A program made the position numbers and the translations under genes. A stretch of 64,000 nt of DNA from Octopus vulgaris (Eukaryota): assembly GCA_951406725.2 (NCBI GenBank), contig OX597815.1:206956001-207020000 (forward strand), written 5' to 3'. Shown one piece after another: positions 54,796-64,000 of this stretch (positions are counted from its first letter, which is position 1; the number at the start of each line of letters is the position of its first letter). Under the pieces are notes generated by a model. That model saw only the letters and a list, made by a program, of their open reading frames with translations. It had not been told where the DNA came from and searched no databases.

Positions 54796-54935
54796 ATATA
54801 AATTTTCTTTGTGTGTATCTATGGACATGTGCATGTATGCATGCATGCAAAAACAAACTTATGTATATTATACGGGTATGTATGTGAGTATGTATGTGTG
54901 TACGTATGGATGTGCGCATAAATACATGTGTTTAT

Positions 54936-54978
<43 letters not shown>

Positions 54979-55138
54979 TATATATATATGTATATATACA
55001 CATGTATTTATGCGCACATCCATACGCACACACATATATATATATATATTTATATAGAAATATATAGAAATATATACAAATATATATATATATATAAATA
55101 TATATATATATGTGTGTGTGAGTGAGTGTGTGTATGTA

Positions 55139-56196
55139 GAGGGCGTCCCAAATGTTACTGATGGGCTTCAAATTTTATAACTTCCTTAAATGTATGAAAG
55201 CTTGATATAATATAAAGGACATAATGGAAATTAATAGGCACAAATCCTATTTTGCAACACTACTATCGCATATGAAAATTGACATCGCTTAAATGGCAGC
55301 CATTTTCGGCTTCGCACACCCGTGCTCTTCCCAAAACTTCACCATAACACCCTCAAGAGTTTCGGACCCCACTTCTTTGATTTCTCTTTTGATGTTCTCA
55401 TTCACTTCCACCAGAAAGGGTTTACGTCAACAAATAGGAGACCCTGGTGGAAGTGAATGAGAACATTAATAGAGAAATCAAAGAAGTGGGGTCTGAAACT
55501 CTTGAGGGTGTTATAGTGCAAGTTTTGGAAAGAGCACAGGTGTGTGAAGCTGAAAAAGCAGACATTTTCGGCTTCGTACACCCGTGCTCTTCCCAAAACT
55601 TCACCATAACACCCTCAAGTGTTCGCAAGATGTTCTCTCTTTCAGGAATCCCCACAAGACAAAAAAATCTAGGGTAGTCAAGGCTGGGGAACGTAAAGGC
55701 CAGCTGACATTGCCGTAGCGGGAGATTATTCTCTCCAAAGCACTGCCGTAACAATTGCATTGTTTCTCTTGCAGTATGAGCAGTTGCCCCATCTTGCTGG
55801 AACCATGTGTGAGGTCCATTTCGAATGTCCGGGCGCAAAAAGGTCTCAGTCATGGATACCTGAAAGAGAGGGCTTACGTCAACAAACCGGAGGCCCTGGT
55901 GCAACTAAAGGAGAACATCAACGGAGAAATCAGAGAAGTGGGGTCGGAAACTCTTGAGGGTGTTATGGTGAAAATTTTGGAAAGGGAACGAGCGTGCGAA
56001 GCCGAACATGGCTGCCATTTAAGCCCTTTAAGCATTGTCCTTTTTCATATGTGATGTAGTGGTGTTGCAAAGTGTGACTTGTGCATATTAATTTCCATAA
56101 TGTCCTGTGAAGTGTATCAAAGTCCCAACCATGTATTTGTAGAGTTAAGGAAGTTATTAAAAATTGAAACCTGTCAGTTACTTTTGGGACACCCTA
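55139..56196. mobile_element. Rearranged fold-back Tc1/mariner element (rosa-like, about DD41D), TA TSD
   Basis: Ends TA|gagggcgtcccaaa and tttgggacacccta|TA; WFQQDGATAHT...WPLRSPALTTLDFF.WG.LKER; the ~300-bp arms are inverted copies of the transposase 3' end. Confidence 0.88.
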
Positions 56197-56214
56197 TAAT
56201 ATATGGCTTTCGTA

Positions 56215-56253
56215 CACGGAAACTGAAAGAAGGCTATCGTATATATGTGTATA

Positions 56254-56339
<86 letters not shown>

Positions 56340-56525
56340 TACCCTCACCATCGCTTGACAACCGATGTTGCTGTGTTTGCGTCCCCGTAACTTAGTGGTT
56401 CGGTAAAAACACACTGATAGAATAAGTACTAGGCTTACAAAGAATAATTTCTGGAGTCGATTTGTTAGACTAAAGGCGGTGCTCTAGCATGGCCGCAATC
56501 ACATGACTGAAACAAATAGAACAAT
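56215..56525 (+). mobile_element. SINE type B, 3' portion
   Basis: Family similarity. Confidence 0.8.
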
Positions 56526-56585
56526 AAACCAAACTGTGACATTTTAATCCCGAGCAACACCGGGTATCTCTGTTAGTATATATAT

Positions 56586-56629
<44 letters not shown>

Positions 56630-57429
56630 GCATGCATATATCTATATATATATATATACATATTTATGCACACATACATACGTATGTATACGTGCGCGCA
56701 CACACATGCATATATGTAGGTATCTTTATAAGTCTTTACATAAATATCTTGTAATAAATGTGTATGCTTTTGCACATGTGTGTTCATAAATTTGAAATAG
56801 TTTTGAAATTAATTGCCTGCATTCCACAAAATTAATTATGTCTGGTTGTAATGAGCCTGGTGTATAATTTTAAAAACCAGTATATTAGTAATTAAACTAT
56901 GTATTTATGTAAATTCTCAAATAGTAACAGAATATATGCTATTAAGAAATGTTCCCCGTTTTCACATTATTACTTTCGAAACTGGATGCTCTGGTACTTA
57001 ATAAAACAGCGTACGAAAAGCCTGGCAGTATTTATATAATATTCGCTAATAAATTATAATTACGACTAACAATATTTTCGTTAAGATTTGTTTTCATAAA
57101 CAGCTGCCACAAGTCAAGCTGAAATATTATTTTTACCAATAAAGTTTGTATTATTCTTTCACTACTTTCACTGATTGGTCTACGGCCAAACTCTGGCTTT
57201 GAGTTCAAGACACTTATTGGAAAATATTAATACTGTTATTTTATTGCCCTTGGTCGGAATAAAGGTGAATGTCACCTGTGATCTAGTGTAAAGGAGTGTG
57301 TCTTGGTGGCAAGAAGATACCACCAAGTATATTTGTTCGTCGCACCTGCAACGGTGATATATATGTACGTGTGAATTTATGCTTCTATCCATGTTCATAC
57401 ATATTCATTTACACTTTATACATGGATAC

Positions 57430-57522
<93 letters not shown>

Positions 57523-57524
57523 CC

Positions 57525-57762
57525 TAGCTCCCACCTCCCACTCTCTCTCTCCTTGTGACCGCATGTGTACCGTTGGCGATTTTTTTTCCTCTGTCTTCCA
57601 TTCTCTGGATCTTTCCTTCTCCTATGTTTCCGACGAAGAGCTCCGCTCGAAACGTTGAACCCTCCTTCTTTCCTTCTTTCCTGAGCGTCCAATAATACTA
57701 TATTTGTTCTACGTCCTGGCGTTGTTGTGTTTTTTTGTGCTTTCTTGTTTGGATTAACTTTA

Positions 57763-57765
<3 letters not shown>
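57525..57765 (+). mobile_element. PLE pLTR-like fragment with a minimal hammerhead-like motif at 57626-57660
   Basis: GUUU-CCGACGA-A-GAGC(UCC)GCUC-GAAACGU-U|GAAC. Confidence 0.65.
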
Positions 57766-57795
<30 letters not shown>

Positions 57796-57943
57796 TTGAT
57801 TTGAAAACCCCACTTGAATGGGAGAAAGCGCTAATAATCTGAATGATATGATCTGAATGATATGATATATATATGTAAAAAATGTAATATATAAATAAAT
57901 ATCTATAAACATGAACCATCCGATCTTCTGATTACCTCATTTC

Positions 57944-58004
<61 letters not shown>

Positions 58005-58299
58005 TACTGATCCGTTACTGGTAGGATCAATAAAAAGTATCACTCGGTTCAGTGATAAATAAATTACACTTAATATACGTAGGATTTAAATGCGAGGTAC
58101 CATTATCTACATGCCTCTGAAAATACAATGGCCGGACAATGTTATATTCTGAGAGGTATGTTACAAACAGGAGCTCGCATTTAAATTCTGCTTACAAAGA
58201 TCGCATATCGGGAACACCAGCGTGAATATAGTACTACGTGTGCATGTGTGTATGTGTGTGCTGTTTACTTAGACGCAGAAAATGAGTTGAGCTCAAATG

Positions 58300-58485
58300 C
58301 TGGGATTTCATTGGTTAAAATTTGAAGAATTAAACTACGTTAAACTTACAAATTACAATTTTGTTTTCAATTTTGTTTTCAATTTTGTTTACAATAATGT
58401 TTTCTTTTGACACATTCTACCAGTATACGAAGTTTCAAATTGTTTAGTTAACTAGAAAATTCCGTCCATCAAAAAGAAAAGATCC
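58300..58485. mobile_element. Right end of a GGATCTTT-family MITE relic
   Basis: gacacattctaccagtatacgaagttt..tgtttagtta...gaaaagatcc matches the subterminal motif of the other copies. Confidence 0.65.
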
Positions 58486-58864
58486 AGATCTTCTTAATTG
58501 AAAACCTCAATTTAAGAAGCTAAGGTTTATCATACCAGCAATCTTTTATTGAGGAATTCAGTTCACACAGTATTACTCACGCACGCACAGGCTCATCCGA
58601 TGAACTTGTGTATAGCAACTGTCTAATAATAATTCTCGTTGCATCTTAGAGAACAGTGATTTGCTTCAAAGCTATATTAGAAGACAATTGTGTAGGAGTT
58701 TGCGTAGCAGCGGTGTATCTAGAGTCATGTTCCGTCGAAGTTAGTTTGTAAACCACCCAGTTATAATTATATCATTGAAGAAGTACAAAATCGTATTTAT
58801 CGCCATTTTTGGTTTGTTATCTAAATAAATAAATACTTGGGTCATGGAAGTATAGACCAATTAT

Positions 58865-58902
<38 letters not shown>

Positions 58903-58939
58903 TATATACATATATATATATGTGTATATAAATATATAC

Positions 58940-59017
<78 letters not shown>

Positions 59018-59043
59018 GTGTGTATGTGTATACAACTAGTTGG

Positions 59044-59119
59044 TTGTCATAATAACATTCAGAGTTTTCGGATACCGGAGCGGAAGTCTGCTCCGGTATC
59101 TCATCAGTTATTAAGACAA
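59044..59119 (-). ncRNA. Type I hammerhead ribozyme candidate with canonical core
   Basis: UUGUC-UUA-AUAA-CUGAUGA-GAUACCGGAGC(loop)GCUCCGGUAUC-C-GAA-AAC(UCUGAAU)GUU-A|UUAU-GACAA. Confidence 0.75.
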
Positions 59120-59475
59120 AACGCTATGATAAAAAGCGTTAAATAAAGGGAAATAACTCCAATAGGCATGTTGAAAGTAATACTTTATTCATAGAATCCG
59201 CATATACACACATATATATATACACACACACACATACATGTACGCATACTGACACATGTATACATATATATCTATATTCATACTCACACGCGTGTACAAA
59301 TACATACAAACACATATATATACATATATATGTCTACGTATGCACGCACATACACGCGGAAATATACTCATGCACGCATGACTACGCTCATATATACATC
59401 TCTACAGGCACACACACACATACATATGCGGATACACAAAACGTGGTTTATACGCGTATCCATAGATATAGATAG

Positions 59476-59798
59476 GGTACTCCGTCGGTGACGACGACGA
59501 GGGTCCCAGATGATACAATCAACGGAACAGCCTGCTCGTGAAATTAACGTGCAAGTGAGTGAGCACTCCACGGACACGCGTACCCTTAACGTAGTTCTCA
59601 GGGAGATTCAGCGTGAAACAGAGTGCGACAAGGCCGGCCCTTTGAAATACAGGTACAACTCATTTTTGCCAGCTGAGTGGACTGGAGCAACGTGAAATAA
59701 AGTGTCTTGCTCAAGGACACAACGCGTCGCCGGGAATCGAACTCACGACCTTACAATCGTGAGCCGAATGCCCTAACCACTAAGCCACACGCCTTCAC
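59476..59798 (-). mobile_element. Chimeric SINE: type D head/CORE + tail shared with the 7278 copy
   Basis: Head matches 3084-3230, tail matches 7278-7463. Confidence 0.85.
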
Positions 59799-60354
59799 CC
59801 GCATATCCATATACATACGCGGAAAACATAAGTACAAATAAAAACGCATACGTAAAAATGCACGCATCAAAATGCTCATATACACATCTCTATTCGCACA
59901 TACACATACATACGCAGATATACAAAACGTAGTCTATACGCACATGCACATGCATACGCCGATAGACGTAAAATACCAATAAATAAATACACACACACCA
60001 AAAAACCCAAAACTGTAAAACATTCACCATCGCCGCAAAACTTGAATATACAAAAAAAAAAGTTATATATGTATTTACACAAAATACACCTCGCTGTCTG
60101 ACAAACACATCTACACGTGCAGACATATAACGTATATACATACATGTATGTGTGTATGTAGGAAGGAGACAAGTACAACAGGTAGAGTCTTGCTCTCGTA
60201 TATATACGGTCATTCGTACACAATGTATATATGCATGCACGTATTACTTTAGGTATATAGTACACGCGTATAAGTTACATAATATACAGAAAAATATATA
60301 AAGTAATAAAATATATATAAAAATATATAAAAGTATCAGGGATGTTAAGACATA

Positions 60355-60810
60355 TATGGACATGAACCAAAAAGTTCAGTTCTTGAATTTAGACATGTAG
60401 CGGGGTCTAAAGAACTTTTCCAAGTAAGCCATCTTTCCATATCGCAAAGACCACACTTTTCACTGCCTTGGTGTAAGGCTTGCACTTGGTCAAGATCTTC
60501 CAGTGGACCTAATAGTTTTTCTTTTAAGGACTATATATAACTGGATAATTTGGTTGTTTTCCTTTTATCCGAGTGCCTGAAACTTAAGGTGTGATCGTTG
60601 AATCTGGCGTTAAAATTTCCCTGTGAGACCCACATATTTCTTTGACGAAACTATGTCCTTAGTTGTTGTAGAGTCTACGGTAGCTTCATAAACGATGGCC
60701 TCGGCCATACAAGCACCATTTAGCGGGCACAAATGTTTAACGCTGCAGGATCAGCTGGCTTCATTTATTTGTTTTTGTTTGTTGTATGCAATTATATTTT
60801 TAAAGTTACT
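60355..60810 (-). pseudogene. PLE GIY-YIG endonuclease fragment (CxC..CPL type, tentatively Nematis-like)
   Basis: S*SCSVKHLCPLNGACMAEAIVYEATV...KYVGLT..F.ARFNDHTLSFRH...TKLSSYI...KCGLC..E...LNSRTEL. Confidence 0.8.
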
Positions 60811-60829
60811 ACTAACTTTCTGTATATTA

Positions 60830-61614
60830 TGTGTGTGTCTTAAATAAAATGAGACAACAAAACCAAGGCTGCGTGGAATTTTCAGGACATTTATAAAGAG
60901 AAAGTTAGTTTTACAGCTGTTTCTGGGATATTAGGAATATCCCTTCACTAGAGACGCCGTGAGATGGTTGAAGAGAGGAAAATACTAAACTTGAATACAA
61001 GGAGTTATTTTGGAAATGCAAGCAAATAAGGAGTACATAGGGAAATAGGAGAGTGAATGTAGAAATGAAAATAAAGATATATAAAGATGTTACAGTTTGT
61101 TTCTTTATTGCCCACAAGGGGCCACTAAAGATGTTATAGTTGCAGTTCCATTATCCAAGGAAAGTGATGTGTAGAAAGTGGTAGAAATGCTTCCTGTCCG
61201 TGATATGTAAATTCCAATAGGAGTTTTTATTTAGTCATCACAAAAGTGTGGAAACGTGGATACTATGTATTGTTCATTTAAAGGCGTCTTGTGGTGTGAA
61301 TGAAAATTTGAGAATGCAGTGGTAGTATTAAGTGGATAGAGAGGAGAGAAGACATGTTAGATGGAAGGGCGAGGTCAAAGGAAAAGGCGAGAAAAGTAGA
61401 AAGAAAGGAGAGAAAATGAAAAAAAGTGTAAGGAAGTGAAAAAATGTGTAGGAATGGGTGTATGGTAAGTAGCTTGCTAACCAACCACATGGTTCCGGGT
61501 TCAGTCCACTGCGTGGCATCTTGGGCAAGTGTCTTCTGCTATAGCCCAGGGCCGACCAATACCTTGTGAGTGGATTTGGTAGACGGAAACTGAAAGAAGC
61601 CTGTCGTATATATG

Positions 61615-61676
<62 letters not shown>

Positions 61677-63430
61677 ATGTGTTTGTGTGTCTGTGTTTGT
61701 CCCCCTAGCATTGCTTGACGACCGATGCTGGTGTGTTTACGTCCCCGTCACTTAGCGGTTCGGCAAAAAGAGACCAATAGAATAAGTACTGGGCTTACAA
61801 ACAATAAGTCCCGGGGTCGATTTGCCCGACTAAAGGCGGTGCTCCAGCATGGCCGCAGTCAAATGACTGAAACAAGTAAAAGAGAAAAAGAGAGAGTTGG
61901 TGGTCAAGATATTATGAGGGGGATGGGAGAGGAGTAGGTGTAGGTAGGAAGAGATAAGAACGTAAGTAATGAATATGTGTGAGGTGTGTAAGGTCGGGTG
62001 ATATTTTAGAATGGCATTAAGGGGATTTTGTTTTAATGTGTGGAATGCCTCTTTTTAGATATAGCTTACAGGCTGAGCGTTAACCTTTGTATGGAAGCCC
62101 TGAATCTATTAATGACCACAGCTAGATGTAGGAAATATTTCTACTTTTGAGATGATGTATGTAACTGGTGAGTGTTGTGTGGATTTACTGTTTCTTGTAT
62201 CTAAAAGAATTGAAATGCACTGCGTATCGTTTAAAATTTATAATTGATCCTATATATATAGTTGTAGAATTGTGTAACGTGTTGAGGACGGTGCATTTAT
62301 ATATTACATTAGACCTTCTGCAATGAGTTTGTAGAGGGCAGATGATCCCAAGACGGCAGTTACAGGGTAGTGGATTTTGGGGATTATTCTTAGGAATGAA
62401 GGGAGTAATACTGTCAGAGGAGCGGTTAGAGATAGGGGTAGAATGGTCTATGTTATTATTAGTACTATTTTCATTGCTATTTCTATCGTTGTTGTTATAC
62501 ATCCTACCTGTAATAGTGGTGGAAGTTGTAGTAGTAGTATTCTGGTTAGTGTTAGTGGGAAATGGTAGTGTGTTCTAAAATATAGGGTTCGATATTGGAG
62601 CTATATATATGCTGGGCGTTCGTGTCTTCAGAGTTATTACATTGTAAGTTTTGATAATAGAGAGAAAGTTTTCGTTTATTAGAAGCTGATATGATAGACT
62701 CAAAGTTGGGCAGGGAGGAGTAGGATAGCTTTAAGAAAGAATAATGTTTATGTCGACGAGGCAAGTTGAAGTGCAGCATATTTAATAAGGATTTAGCTAA
62801 GTTCTTAACGTTTAATGAGAAGCGAAGTGCATAGAATAGAGCGTCCATCACTTCTTTGGTTGCTTAAAGGTAGTGTTTTCTATATTTTTCGAAGTTAGAG
62901 GGGGATAATATGGCCGTTATTTTTAGCTGTTTTAGCTTTTGACCTAGTGTTATATGTGTGCGTGTGGGGGTCTAAGTTGTCTTAATCTGAGTTCTCCTGG
63001 GGTTCTAGTATAGTGTATGGGTGGTCTGTTGTGATTCGGATGGTTGGCATGCCGTTGACATGATTTGAGATATATGTTGCTTGAGCCTGGTATTAGGGAT
63101 GTATCTTATTTATTGGGAGAAGCCGCTGGCAGCGAGCGCTTGGTTGTAATATGGTGTGTGGTTATCAAATATATCCTCAGTGGATGAAAAGTCAGATATA
63201 CGAATTGAGATACCTTTAACTATAGCATCAAAGGTGGATTTGTGGTGATTGGAATTAATGTTCAAGTACTTAAGGTACTTGGTAGGTTTGTGATATGGGG
63301 TGTATTGAGAGGTTTCTAAGTTCAAACTTACATCTAAAAAAATTAGTGGTTTTGTGGGAATTTTCAAAAGTAATAGATATGTTGAGGCTAAAGAAGAATT
63401 TGTGTAGGTCTTTCCTTGTTCGTTCTAAAG
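60830..63430 (-). mobile_element. Decayed PLE (RT thumb + GIY-YIG + pLTR) interrupted by a SINE
   Basis: [20 protein letters not shown]...RIS..SS...F...YNQALAASGF; KLSYSSLPN..SII; CNCR..CPL..C..NVIYKC..YIGS; degenerate hammerhead at 60908-60953. Confidence 0.82.
61447..61893 (+). mobile_element. SINE type B inserted in the PLE
   Basis: Family similarity. Confidence 0.88.
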
Positions 63431-63535
63431 AGGATTTATTTACATATATATGTAAATATATATATGTGTGTGTGTATGTCTATATATATATATATATATA
63501 TATATACCTACATGTACATAGTCATATATATATAT

Positions 63536-63579
<44 letters not shown>

Positions 63580-64000
63580 TTATATATATATATTTATATA
63601 TATTTATATATATATATATACACACAAACACACACATAAGCATATGTTTACATAAACAATTTAAACATACATTTTGGAAGTATACGAATATAAACTCTTA
63701 TATATACACATTTTCATGTCATCTGTGTATGGGTAACGTTTAACAGGAACAAATAAATATGTAACGTAAAGTCTAGGTCTCCTTTATATATTAAAACCAT
63801 TTACAATTGGAAGTCATGGCACAGACTATTGCGGTCTCAGATATCTTTGCTATCATTTGCTTTAGAAGAAAGTAGATAACAGGCGACAGAATCGTATATA
63901 TATTCTGTAGTAGAGCCAGAAGCTGAAATTATACGAGAGTAATGTCAGATATTTTAAAGGTAATTGCATGGCGATTTTTAATCTGCTGCATCAATTAAAA

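Overview
Repeat-dominated, AT-rich animal DNA. The tRNA-derived SINE families and the (TA)n/(CATA)n load point to an octopod cephalopod (Octopus-like); this is inferred from repeat content. Most ORFs in the track are microsatellite or SINE artefacts. Retroelement remnants: a 5'-truncated CR1-type LINE RT embedded in (TA)n; Penelope-like element (PLE) fragments (Naiad-type thumb+GIY-YIG, Neptune-type RT, two CxC..CPL-type GIY-YIG pieces); an inverted pair of Tx1/L1-like ORF1-only relics; R4/Dong and RTE 3' ends. DNA transposon remnants: a fold-back rosa-like (about DD41D) Tc1/mariner, two hAT fossils, and a GGATCTTT-ended MITE family with 8-bp TSDs that carries telomeric TTAGGG repeats. Dozens of SINE copies of about four modular types are present. 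The most notable signals are (1) several type I hammerhead folds with non-canonical cores, one with a G3:C8 swap and one whose predicted cleavage site matches a PLE inversion junction exactly; (2) the telomere-repeat MITEs; (3) Meta-domain SINE concatemers; and (4) three or four small phase-compatible minus-strand exons of an unidentified host gene that the ORF track cannot show as a gene. Everything was read by eye; no searches or folding programs were run.
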